The notes below the pieces were generated by a model. The model had not been told where the DNA came from. It ran no database searches and saw nothing but the letters and a program-made list of their open reading frames with translations. DNA of 64,000 nt from Azolla caroliniana. Its lineage: Eukaryota > Plantae > Polypodiophyta. Shown in pieces: positions 23,401-36,159 of this stretch (positions are counted from its first letter, which is position 1; the number at the start of each line of letters is the position of its first letter). The translations under genes and the position numbers were made by a program. The DNA is taken from NCBI GenBank assembly GCA_043228905.1, contig JBHGNT010000138.1:4660-68659 (forward strand), in the 5' to 3' direction.

Positions 23401-24012
23401 GATCATTTGGAGAGGCTACGCAAGATCCAGATGGATCTCTCTACTCACCTTCGTCATGCTCAACACACACAAAAGACTTATGCGGATTGTCATCGGATTC
23501 CCTCCTCTTTTGCCATCGGAGATCGAGTATGGCTCTTACGTCGTCACATCAAGACTACTCGACTGTGCGACAAGTTGGATTATCGACGACTCGGTCCCTT
23601 CCGTATTACGGGTAAGATTAATGATGTCACATTCCGCCTTGATCTCCCTCCGCAGCTTCAGATACATCCGGTTTTCCATTGTTCTCTTCTTGAACCTTAT
23701 AAAGCAAACACCATTCTCGATCGTGTGACACCACCCCCGCCCCCGCTAGAGTTGGACGCCGGCCCGGAGTATGAAGTTGCTGCCATCCTCGATTCCAAAC
23801 TTGTTCGCAACAAACTTTATTACTTGGTCAATTGGCTCGGTTATAGTCCGAGCGAACGTACTTGGGAACCCGTCGAGCATGTTGCCAATGCACATGATCT
23901 TCTTGCTGATTTCCACCGAAAGTATCCGGACAAACCCGGTCCGCAATTAGCGCCGACTCGTTCCACTCGTCGTCATGATAGTGTCATGATATGGCAAGAC
24001 TCGAACCCATGA
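20401..24012 (+). pseudogene. pol: Chromovirus pol: protease, reverse transcriptase, RNase H, integrase, chromodomain
   Basis: LLDSRANSCF (DSG mutated), KDGSLRLVVDYRGLN, MPFGLTNAPA, YLDD at 21565-21576, EADASDFALG, HHCC, GYHPQTNGQAERTN, chromodomain EYEVAAILDSK..YYLVNWLGYSPSERTWEP. In-frame TAG at 22885 and 23113. Confidence 0.93.
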
Positions 24013-25441
24013 CCTTATGCTACATGGGTCGAGCTCTTACCATTAGACTATGAATTGTAATTTGTAGGATATTATTTTCATTTATGCTTTATCATAGAAA
24101 ATTGATGTATATTCCAGATCTCTCTGGAACATTCTAGAAGCTTCAGGATTATTCCTAAAAACACTATGAAAGGAGGCACAAGGCATTGTTTTGAACCAAA
24201 TTGGTTCAACGCCAGTCTTAAGCCTCTTAGCCGATTTGTACTTATCTTTTCACATAATATAAGAGCTGCTGTCATCATCCTTCTCTCTCTCTCTTTCTCG
24301 CTATCTCTCTCTCTCTTCTCTTCTCACTTCCTCTCTTGGGAATCTTACGCAGTCCTGTCCTCTTAGTACTAATAGTACTGCTCTTCTTTAGTACTAATTC
24401 CATCTCTGCTTTAGTACTACTCCTGACAGGTCCTATTTAAGGCGTTATAGTCAACACTCCTAACTAGATTCTATCTAGGTAACTACAAAGTTACATGGTT
24501 GACTAAATAACTAAATTAAGTTGAACTTGATCTCTCAACATGCCCCCTCAAGCTCAAGTGTGAGGTGTCCGACATCCGCTTTGGCTTTCGTCGTCTTCGT
24601 GTGCTTTCGTCCGGTCTTCGACTTTCTTTGTTGTGGCAATCTTGCTTACTCCCCCTCAAGCCGGTGATGAAAGCTTGTAGTGTGTGGGTGAAGGTCGACT
24701 ACTTCCAACCCCATCGTGTGTTACGAGCCACTTTGGTGGAGCTCTTGGGATCTTGTTCGGCCGCTACCTTCATTGCGAAGGCATAGTGATGGGCCATTTA
24801 CTAGTTGAAGCTAAGCCGGGCGACATGGTTCTTAGCTCTAGATGGGCGTCGAATTTTTTCGCTCGCCGATGTGAGTGCCTTCTTTGCTCTAGGTGTTTGC
24901 ATGATGGGTACACTGAACTCACTATCTAGTGAGGGAGCCGACACATCCGAATCACTGTCGTCGGGGTGATCAACTTCGTATTCAGGCATCTTAACTCTGC
25001 CTTTGTTCAAGTTCTTACTTGGCCATGACATGCTTGGGTCGTGTGGCGGCTCTTGTGGCCCACTAGGCCTTGCTGTAATCGGACTTTCTTCGAACATGTG
25101 TTCGAAGAGATCTCCATCTTCTACCTCTTGTTCAATGGATTCCGGGTTGAGCGGAGTCAGAGTCGAAGTTGTCTCTAGTGCGTACCAGGATGCAGACTCG
25201 TCGAAGACTACGTCTTGACTTACCCGAACCGCTTGGGTAGAAGGGTTGTATCACTTGTATGCCTTCTTCTCGTACGAGTATCCTATGAGGATACATTTCT
25301 CCAACTTCGTGTTGGGCTTCTGTCGTTGTTCGTACGGGATGCGTACATTCTCAATGCTTCTGAACACCTTGAGGTGCGACAAGATCGGCTTTCTTCCGAC
25401 AAGGAGCTCGTATGGAGTTATTCTTGGCTTTCGGAAAAGAT

Positions 25442-28400
25442 AAGACAACAACATGGATAGAGGAATGGGAAGCTCGCTACTGACTGAGAAGCTCGACAGG
25501 AGCAACTATGCATCTTGGTCGTACAAGATGCACCAGTACCTGTTTGGTCATGGCTACTGGAGTTATGTTGAAGGAGATAATGATACAACACCCGAATCGA
25601 CACACATGGATTTTTTGTCTTGGGAACATGCGGCGAGTAGAGTTCTCTACTGCTTTGAGTCTTGTATGAGAGACCAGCTATTGAGCCATATTGGGGATGC
25701 CAAGACGCCAAAAAGATTTTTGCCACTAGCACGACAGCCAAGAAGCTTCAACTCAGCCAGGAGTTGAGCAATGTTCGACAACGAGATATGTCGGTGGCTG
25801 ATTACACCTCCAGGATCAAAGAAATCTGCGACTCTCTCGCCTCCGTCAACGTGAATATCGAGGAAGATGAGATGGTGCAGGTTTGTCTTGGTGCATTAGC
25901 GTCAAAGTTCGGAGCATTCCGAACGACGGTCTGTACGAGGGAGAATACGCCTACGTTCTTCGAGCTTTAGTCAATGTTGCTCGTGGAGGAAAATCATGCG
26001 GGCGCGTCGACGAGTACGCACGCCGACGACAAGATGTTGTACACGGAGGGAGATATGCCCCGTGGTCGTGGCGGAAGAGGTAGATCAATGCATAATGGAG
26101 GCGGCTGAAAAGAGCTGAATGGACGGAATAATCGAAAAGTTGGGAACAATTCCAAACCCTCTGGAAGCAGGGGGAGTCATGGTGCCGGAAGCTGGCAAGA
26201 GAAGGCCACGATAGAATGCTGGTATTGTGGCAAGAAAGGCCACAAGGAGAGCGAGTGTTGGAAAGTGTTGGAAAAAGGAAGCCGATTCGGACAAAGCCGG
26301 ATCAAGTGGAAGAGACGCAGGAAGGCATCAAAAGTCGCACTACATTGAGGACTCCGAACAAGCCGTAAATGAATTGAACCCTGCCCTCGTAATGAAGCAC
26401 AAGGCCAAATTCAATATGCGTGAACACCTTGAAATCTAGCGAGGTGTGGTATGTTGATTCCGGGGCGTCAAATCATATGACGAGTCATGAGGAATGGTTC
26501 TCGTACTTGGAGAAGCCAGAAAAGCAAGGAGTGGTTCAAACCAGAGACGACACTCCGCATACCATCGAACATGTCGGTGAAGTTCCCCTCAGCCATGTCG
26601 GGCAGAAAGGGAAACTCTTGAACGTGTTACACGTCCCGAAAATAACCAAGAACCTTGTGTCGGTCGGAAAGATCGTCGACCAAGGTATGCAAGTTCGAAG
26701 AGGAGGGCAAAGTAATCACACAAGGGTGCCGTGAAGGGAGGATGTTTATCCTCGAAACCAACAATGTGGGCACCGCTATGTTTGCGAAAGGGCAGAAGGT
26801 CGAGTTGGACATCGACCTGTGGCATAAGTGGTTTGGCCATATTAACTTCCTGCGGCTTCGTGAAATGCAGACGAAGAACATTGTGTTCGGCTTGCCGAAA
26901 TCTCGAGGCCGGAATGACCAAGTCTGTGAAGCCTACCAAATGGGAAAACACATCGACTTCCATTCCCCAACCAGCATAATCGTAGTCGAAATCCACTAGA
27001 TTTGATCCATTCGGATGTGTAGGGTCCAACATAGAACATGAGTCTCGGTGGAAGCCGTTACTTTGTAACCTTCATCGATGACTTCACTCGGCACACGTGG
27101 GCATACACGATCGCAAAGAAGAGCAAAGTCTTCACATGTTTCCTGAAGGTAAAGAGGCTTGCGGAAAGGGAAACAGGGCGTAAGATCAAATGCCTACGGT
27201 CCGATGGTGGGAAGGAGTACTTCTCCAACTAGTTCACAAGTTATCTATAGAAGGAGGGAATTCGACGTGAATTCTCGTGTAGATACACGTTGCAGCAGAA
27301 CGGCGTGGCCGAACGGAAGAATTGGACAATCGAAGAAGCAGCCAAGGCAATGCCCTCAGAGAAGCATATGCCGAAATTCTATTGGGCTGAAGCCGTGAGG
27401 ATGGCTGTCTACTTGTAGAATCAGACTTCTGCTAATGGAGGAGTGTTGCCACATGAATTGTATTTCGGGAAGAAGCCGAACTTGGCACACTTGAGGATTT
27501 TCGGTAGCATTGCATATGTGCATGTGCCGAAGGAAAAGAGGAGTAAGCTGGATGCCAAAGCCGAAAAGTGCATCTTAGTCGACTATCCAGACGAGTAGAA
27601 GGGGTATAAGTGTTATCACCCCCGAACAAAGGAAGTGCACGTAAGTCGAGATGTAATTTTCGACGAGTCTGCTTGGTGGTACTTGCCTTCCCCTTCACTA
27701 CCTCATGACTCCATTCTGAATTCTGAAGAAGAAGTCAACGAGGTTGAGATGCCTCCACATGATGAGGACATCTGAGCTCTAAGAGAGAGACCGATCTCAT
27801 TTCGGCTCAGTGGGCCAAATGAGGGGTTGGACCGAAATGGCGAACCAAATGAAGAGATGGCGAGTAGTGAAGACTCAACTATGATGTCCCTGCGTAAAGA
27901 ATCGAGGAGACGGTTTAAGCGCAAGGAGAAAGGGAAGAAAAAGATGTCGGAGTACGATTTCGACAATGCCTAGTCAGATCGGAGCGAGTCTGACTACGGG
28001 CAAACCGAAAAGGAACCTCCACGGAAGAGGTCGACATTAGCCGAAAAGGTCGTGAAATTGGGTAATCACGAATTACACTGATCTACCCGCTTGAAGAACC
28101 CCGTAAAGAGATACGGGTATAATGAGTACATGGCGCACCATTACGCGTACATGACATGAGTGGCGGAAGTGCGTGGGCCAGGGAGCTACGCAGAAGCGGC
28201 GAAAGACACAAACTGGCGTGCCATGATGGAGGAAGAGATGCACGCTTTGACTGAGAATGAGACTTGGAACCTGGTTGACGCACCGAAGGATGTAAAGCCG
28301 ATTGGATGTAGGTGGGTGTATAAAGTGAAATACAATACCAACAACTTAATCAATCGATACAAGGCCCATTTGGTTGCGATAGGCTACACGCAAAAGTATG

Positions 28401-31400
28401 ACGTAGATTATGAAGAGACCTTCGCGCCGGTTGCGAAGATGAGTACTGTGCGTGTTCTGCTAGCCGCAACTGCGGCAAAGGGGAGGCACTTACATCAAAT
28501 GGATGTAAAGAACGCATTCCTACAAGGTGATCTTGAGGAACAGGTGTACATGGTACAACCCCCTGGATTTCTATCCGAATGAAACACTTCGGCAATTTGC
28601 CAGTTGAAGAAGTCACTCTACGGACTTAAGCAAGCCCCGCGAGCCTAGAATGCGAAGATTACGCAACAGTTGCGTAGGATGGGGTTTACGACGTTGAAAT
28701 CAGACTCTTCACTATTTGTTCGGCAAGGTCAATATGGACCGGTTAGCCTTCTATTGTATGTTGATGATTTAGTCATCGCTGGTGCCGACCTGAACATCAT
28801 TCTAAATGAAGGATCTTGGAGACCTTCATTACTTCCTCGAGACCGAAGTGGTCCGCACCCCCGAAGGCATATTGATCAGCCAACGTCATTACGTGCTGAA
28901 TATGCTCTTCAAGATCGGGATGGCCAACTGTAAGCCCATCTCGACCCCTCTGGATAGAAATGCTGTTGAGAGACAAGCTCAACATCGGCCGGATCGGCTG
29001 AAGAAGCCGAGGACCGGATCGGTTGGGACCGATCGGTTAGGCCGTTAGGAAAGATATTCCGTGAGGAATATATTTGGGAGTTAGTGTAGGAGCTCTTAAT
29101 GAGCATTGAAGTACTGTCCGTACTTTGGTCAGTCCTTCTAGGACTTGTACAAAGTGTTCATTGAACACATATATGTAGTGTTTTTTGTCTTTCTTGAATA
29201 TACATATTCTCTCTCTTGGTCTCTCCCGAGTATACTGCGTAAGCTCAAGCTCTCCATTAAACCTGAGTGTTCTTCTTTTCTGTTCTGTCTTCATACTTGC
29301 TTCCGCACGCTACTTTCTACATGGTATCAGAGTGTGAGGGTTGAGAACCTCTCTGCAGCCGACACCGCTTGACGAAGAAGAACAAGAAGAACGATGGATA
29401 GAGGCATGGCGAGCTCGCTTCCAACAGAGAAGCTCGACAGAACCAACTACGCGTCTTGGTCCGACAAGATGCACCAGTACCTGCTCGGGCACGGATACTG
29501 GAGTTATGTCGAAGGAGCTAATGAAGCGGCACCCGAATCGACACATAGAGACTTCCCGTCATGGGAGCAATCGGCGAGCAGGGTATTATACTGCTTCGCG
29601 TTGTGTGTGGGCGAACAACTATTGAGCTATGTTCGGGATGCAAAGACGTCGAAGGGTGCGTGGGAAAATCTGAAGAAGATTTTCGCCGCGAGCACCAGAG
29701 CTAGGAAGCTTCAGCTCCGACAGGAGTTGAGCAACCTACGACAACACGACTTGTCGGTGGCGGACTATACCTCGAAGATCAAGGATATCTGCGACTCCCT
29801 CGCCTCCATAGAGGTAAACATCGAGGAGAGTGAGATGGTCCAGATCTATCTCGGAGGTTTGGCGTCGAAGTTCGGAACGTTCCGAATGGATGTGTGTACT
29901 CGGGAGAATACGCCGTCCTTTTTTGACTTACAGTCAATGCTCTTGGTAGAGGAGAACCACGCGGGTGTGTCTACAAGCACGCACGGAGGGAGATAGGCCC
30001 CGTGGACGTGGAGGACGAGGCGAGTCGGCGCGCAATGGAGGCGGCCGACGAGATCAAGGAAGAAGGCACCAAAGTGATGCCGACAGCAACTCCGAACCCT
30101 CCGGAAACAGGGGGAGTTGAAGCGATGAGAACCGGCAAGGGAAGGCCATCGCGGAGTGCTGGTATTGTGGCAAGAAAGGCCACAGGGAAAGTGAGTGCTG
30201 GAAGAAGCGCGCCGATTCGGAGAGAACTGGTTCCGGAAACGGCTCCAGACATACCGACAAGGGAAATCGGCAACGATCGCACTACGCCGAAGACTCCGGG
30301 AGAGCTGGAGAAGGGTCTGCCTTCGTGACGAGACACGAAGCAAACTCAATGAAACAGAGCACCCCGAGATCGGACGAGGTGTGGTACATAGACTCCGGCG
30401 TGTCAAACGACATGACGGTTCTCATACCTTGAAAACCGATACAACCTGGAGTAGTCGCTACAGGAGATGACACTCCGCATCCGATCGCTAATGTCGGAGA
30501 AGTTCCCCTTAGCCATGTCGGGCAGAAAGAGAAACTCATGAACGTGTTGCACGTTCCGACAATCACGAAAAACTTGGTCTCGGTCGGACAGATCGTCGAC
30601 CAAGGGATGGAGGTTCGGTTTACACACCTCGGGTGCTTCATTGAGGAAGAAGGTCGTGTGATTGCGCAAGGGCGCAGAGATGGGAGGATGTTCATCCTCG
30701 ACTCCATTGACGGCGGCACCGCAATGTTCGCGAAGGGACAAAAATCCGAGTCGGACATCGACTTGTGGCACAAGCGGATAGGCCACGTCAAGCACCAGCG
30801 GCTTCAAGATCTGCAATCGAAACAGGTAGTGTTCGGATTGCCCAAATTTAGTGGCCGAAAGGCACAAATTTGTGAAGCCTACCAGCTCAGGAAGCAACAC
30901 CGACTTCCTTTCCCCAACGAGCGAAACCGGAGACGGAACAAGCTCGACCTTATACACTCTGATGTATGGGGGCCGGCACAAAACGTTAGTCTTGGCGGGA
31001 GCCGATATTTCGTCTCCTTCATCGACGACCACACGCGGCACACGTGGATCTACCTCATTGAGAGGAACAACGAAGTCTTCGACTGCTTTCGGGACCTCAA
31101 AGGGTTCGTGGAAACGGAAATGGGACAAAAGATCAAGTGCCTGCGGTTGGATGGCAGGAAAGAGTACTTCTCCGGTCAATTCAACGGTTATCTACAACAA
31201 ATGGGAATTCGGCGTGAATTCAGTTGTAGATACACGTCGGAGCAGAACGGCGTGGCCGAGAGGAAGAATCGGTCAGTTGTGGAAGCGGCACGGGCAATGC
31301 TAGAGGAGAAGAGCTTGCCCAAGTTCTACTGGGCCGAAGCGGTAAGGACCGCGGTATACATCTAGAACCGGATCGGAGACAAAGTGTCGGCGCACGAGCT

Positions 31401-34400
31401 ATATTTCGGAACGAAGCCGAACTTGCGACACTTGAGGGTGTTCGGTAGCATTGCGTATGTGCATATACCGAAGGAGAAAAGGAGGAAGCTGGATGCAAAG
31501 GCCGAGAAATGCATCTTGGTCGGTTACTCGGACGAGCATAAGGGTTATAAGTGCTATAACCCTCGCACCAAGCAAGCGCGTGTCAGCCGCGACGTTGTGT
31601 TTGACGAGTCCGCGTCCTGGTACTTGCCCCCGACTACAAACCCCGATTCCAATCTGAGCTCTGATGATAAGGTCAGCGAGGCCGAGATGCCTCCGGATGA
31701 GCCCGAAATTGAGACCCGCGAAGAGAGTCCGATTTCACTCCGTTTAAGTGAACCGATTGGACGACTGAGTCAGTACGACCAGTCCGATAAAGAGCCGGCG
31801 AGTAGTGGAGACTCGGCCGTGCATTCCCCGCGCGGGAAGCCGAGGAGACGGCTTACACGCAAAGAGAAATGGAAGAAGAAGGTGTCGGATTCCGGCACGG
31901 ATAAGAACGAGTCAGACCGATGCGAGTCCGACGGAACCGGTGACGGGTCTTTAAAGATGAAGACCGCGTCGACCGAGAAGGCCTCGACATTGGCTAATGC
32001 GAGATTACGCCGATCTACCCGCCAGAAGAATCCTGTTTTGCGGTTCGGATACAACGAGTACATGGTGCATCATTATGCGTACATGACCCGTGTAGCGGAA
32101 GTGCGTGAGCCGGAGAGCTACGCAGAAGCGGCTAAAGACGCGACTTGGCGTGCCGCGATGGAGGAAGAGATGCACGCATTGGCGGAGAATGAGACCTGGA
32201 ACCTGGTTGACGCACCGAAGGGTGTGAAACCGATCGAGTGTAGGTGGGTGTACAAAGTTAAGTACAACACCGATGGCTCGGTCAACCGGTACAAGGCTCG
32301 ACTAGTGGCAAAGGGCTACGCGCAGAAACACAGCATGACTACGATGAGACATTTGCGTTGGTCGCGAAAATGACGACCGTCCGTGTTTTGCTCGCAGTAG
32401 CCGTGGCCAAGGGGTGGCACCTACATCAAATGGATGTAAAGAATGTGTTCCTGCAAGGTGACCTTGAGGAACAAGTGTACATGGTACAACCCCTCGGATT
32501 TCACTCCGGAACGAACTCCTCGGCAGTATGCCGAATGAAGAAGTCCCTTTACGGACTGAAGCAAGCCCCGCGTGCCTGGAACGCGAAGATCATGCAACAA
32601 CTGCGTCGGATGGGCTTCGTCACGTCAAAATCGGACTCTTCCATGTTCATCCAGAAAGGTCGACTCGGACCGGTTAGTATTCTACTATATGTCGATGACT
32701 TGGTCATCATCGGCGCCGACCTAGGTGAAATCGACCGCGTGAAGCTCCAGCTTGCGGCATCGTTCGACATGAAGGATCTGGGGGACCTTCATTACTTCCT
32801 CGGGATCGAAGTGATCCGTACCCCCGAAGGCATATTGATCAGCCAACGTCATTACGTGCTGAGTATGCTCTTCAAATTCGGGATGGCCGACTGTAAGTCC
32901 ATCTCGACTCCTCTGGATAGAACCATCAAGCTTCGTCCTGATACGGGAGAGGTATGCGACCTGACGAGGTTCCGACAAATTGTCGGAAGCCTCATATACT
33001 TGACCATCACCCGACCCGACCTCAGTTATCCGGTTGGGGTGACCAGTCAGTTCATGGCACGACCTACCGAGGAGCACCTTCAGTGTGCGCAACGCGTACT
33101 GCGGTACGTAAGTGGCACTAAGGACTGCGGACTGCTATATCGGCCCGGTGCAGCCGCGCAGTTAGTCGGCTACACCGATGCTGATTGGGCTGGCAACACC
33201 GCCGATCGCTGATCCACGTCCGGATACGCGTTCTCCCTCAGGAGTGCTGCGATCGCGTGGAGCAGTAAGAAGCAGCCGACAGTTGCACTGTCGAGCACCG
33301 AAGCTGACTATCGAGGAGCGGCTGTCGCGACATGCGAAGCCATATGGTTGAAGCGGCTACTTAAGGACCTGCAAGCGGAGGTGTCAGATCCGACGACGAT
33401 CTACTGCGACAACCTCAGCAGCGTCTAGCTCGCGAAGAACCCCGTTTTCCACGCACGGACCAAGCACATTGAGCTGCACTACCATTTCGTCCGTGAGCGT
33501 GTCCTTTCCAGTGAAGTCGAACTTTAGTATGTGCCGACGGATCGGCAGACTGCCGACATCTTCACAAAGCCTCTTGGTCCGGACAAGTTACGACAATTCT
33601 CAGGTGCGTTCGGATTGCGTCACCTCGACGTGCCAAACTTGAGGGGGAGGACAGTCCCGAACAACCAAGCAAGACAGCAGGAAAGGAGCAGAGACTGCGA
33701 CACCGAGTCGGTTGTCGAGTTCGACTTCGAATCGGCTAAAGAAGCCGAGGGCGGACCCGCGGAAAAGTCCGGAAGCGGACAGAAGGGGAGGAACCGAAGG
33801 AGAGAGCCGAAGCCAACCACGCATGGGGGAGATGACGCCATCGAGGGCGAGAAGACCGAAGACGAGTTGGAGACAGCCAACTCGGACGAGAGCGAAAACC
33901 GATCGGAGGTAGCCGAGTCGGTTCGGATGTTTGATTCAGACACGTTGAATCAACCAAGGCCCAAGCGGAAGAAAAGGCAACAGAAGAAGTGTCGACACCG
34001 CAACAACAGAAGAGCTGATAAGGGCCACATGAGCAGAAAAGCCGACCGGAAGGGTCGAAGCGCGCGGAGTTGAACAGGTCGAGGAGCGTGAGTGAGGCGT
34101 GAAGCCAGGAGGAACCGGAGCTGTAAAGATCCCGAAGAGCCTCAAGTTGAGCTTGAAGGGGAGTGTTGAGAGACAAGCTCAACATCGGCCGGATCGGCTG
34201 AAGAAGCCGAGGACCGGATCGGTTGGAACCGATCGGTTAGGCCGTTAGGAAAGATATTCCATGAGGAATATATTTGGGAGTTACTGTAGGAGCTCTTAAT
34301 GAGCATTGAAGTACTATTAGTACTTTGGTCAGTCCTTTTAGGACTTGTACAAAGTGTTCATTGAACACATATATGTAGTGTTTTTTGTCTTTCTTGAATA

Positions 34401-36159
34401 TACATATTCTCTCTCCTGGTCTCTCCCGAGTATACTGCGTAAGCTCAAGCTCTCCATTAAACTTGAGTGTTCTTCTTTTCTGTTCTGTCTTCATACTTGC
34501 TTCCGCACGCTACTTTCTACAAACGCAAAGCTTCGCCGAGATTCGGGAAAGGCATGCGACTTGACATGGTTTCGACAGATTGTCAGAAGCCTGATATATT
34601 TGACGGTCACTAGGCCGGACCTCAACTACCCGGTCGGACTCAGTTTATGTTGCAGCCTACGGCCAAACAGTTTTAGTGCACGCAAAGGATATTGCGATAT
34701 GTCAGTGGCACAAAAGACATGGTGTTGTTGTATTGGGCAGGCGTAGCTGAACAGATGGTTGGCTGCATGGATGCTGATTGGGCCAGAAACGCCAGTGATC
34801 GTAGATCCACATCCGGATATGCCTTCTCATTAGGAAGTGTGGCGATCGCGTGGAGTAGTAAGAAGCAGCCGACAGTAGCACCGTCGAGCACAGAGGCCAA
34901 ATATCGAGGGCCGACTATCGCTACGTGCGAAGTCATTTGGCTGAAACGACTGTTACGAGATTTGCATGTGGATGTGTCCGATCCGACGAAGATCTATTGC
35001 AACAACCTTAGCAGTATCCACCTTGCGAAAAACCATGTATTCCACGCCCGGACCAAGCACATTGAGGTGCATTACCATTTTCTCTGCGAGCGGGTCCTTT
35101 CAGGTGAAGGCGTATGTTCCAACGGATCAACAAGTTGCCGACATTTTCACCAAGCCTCTTAGTCTCAACAAGTTGCGGCATTTCTTGGGTGAGCTTGGGT
35201 TGCGTCACCTCGACACGTCGAACTTGAGGGGGAGACAGGAGCAAGAGAGTGAAAGGAGGGGAGGTGATCATCGCGGCGGAAGTGACCGTGATGTGGAGTC
35301 AGATGAAGAATTCAATTTCGGGTCGGCTGAAGAAGCTGATGAAGAGAGGAAGGGCCGAGGACGACCGAATTAGGGGGAGGTAAGGCCAAGACCAAGACGT
35401 GGTCTGACATTGTCAAAGGCCTAAAAACTTAAGACGAATTGGAGACAACCAATTTGGATGTAAGTGGAATTGAATCGGAAGAGACTGATTCAATAGAAAT
35501 ATTCGATTCGGATATTGCGAGTCAAATCAGGGCCAAGTGGAGGAAAGAGCAGCGGAAGAGGTGCCAACACCGCAACAACAAGGGAGCTCAGAAGGGCCAA
35601 ATGAACAGACTAGCCGACCAGAAGGGTTGAGGAGTGCGGAATCAAATAGGTCATGGAACACGAGCAAGGCGTGAAGCCAGGAAAGCCGGAGTGAAGATCC
35701 AGAGGAGCATGTGGAACTTCAAGTTGAGCTTGAGGGGGGGGTGTTGAGTGACAAGCTCAACATTGGGTGCATAACACAATGCGTAACCTAGTGTGTAAAC
35801 TAGGTGCGTAAAACAATACGCATAACGTGGTCGTATCAGTGCGCAAACCGAAAGGCCATTAGTATGGTATTCCTTGTAAGGAATAATTTTGGGAGTTAGT
35901 GTAGTAGGCTCATTTATGAGCAGTCAAGTACTGTCAGTACTTGTGTCAGCCCGATAGTTAGGGTTTGTATAAAAGGTGCTCATTGAGCACGAAATATGTA
36001 CAGAGTGTCATTATTTTGAAATAGAACTAAGTTGCCTCTCAATCTCTGTCTCTCCATCTCCATCTCCATCTCTGTGTTCTCTGTGTTTTACCAAACTATC
36101 GGTCTCCGAACTGTGTACTCTGTGTTGTGCATACGTTTCCGCACATGTATTCTTTTACA
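25442..36159 (+). mobile_element. Decayed Ty1/Copia element lacking its 5' LTR; interrupted by the element at 28964-34521
   Basis: gag MDRGMGSSLLTEKLDR at 25453; PR WYVDSGASNHM; IN; RT 28160-28963 continuing at 34527; RH to ~35230; PPT ~35730-35741; 3' LTR 35742-36159. AAGAT flanks both ends (25437-25441, 36160-36164). Confidence 0.85.
28964..34521 (+). mobile_element. Full-length Ty1/Copia element (5.56 kb), coding region decayed
   Basis: LTRs 28964-29321 and 34164-34521 (358 bp, about 9 differences); PBS TGGTATCAGAG 29322-29332; PPT 34153-34163; TSD AATGC/AACGC (CpG decay); gag 29394, IN 30538-31365, RT 32100-33212 (LLYVDDLV), RH (ADIFTKPL). Confidence 0.95.

Larger units (their letters stand above)
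18768..24428 (+). mobile_element. Full-length Ty3/Gypsy chromovirus, Tcn1/Tf1-sushi-like (5.66 kb)
   Basis: LTRs 18768-19214 and 23982-24428 (447 bp each, TGTCA...TGACA, about 9 differences by eye); TSD GGTCC; domain order gag-PR-RT-RH-IN-chromodomain; no tRNA PBS. Confidence 0.96.

Noticed and set aside
29846-31179. Long antisense ORFs over Copia gag/pol (e.g. 30403-31179, 29846-30406, also 46543-47271, 35976-36812)
   Set aside because: Shadow ORFs of GC-rich retroelement coding sequence; their boundaries are not conserved between sibling copies.
33650-34073. env-like gene in the Copia 3' region
   Set aside because: The extension is hydrophilic, in frame with pol and has no transmembrane segment; reported instead as a pol tail.
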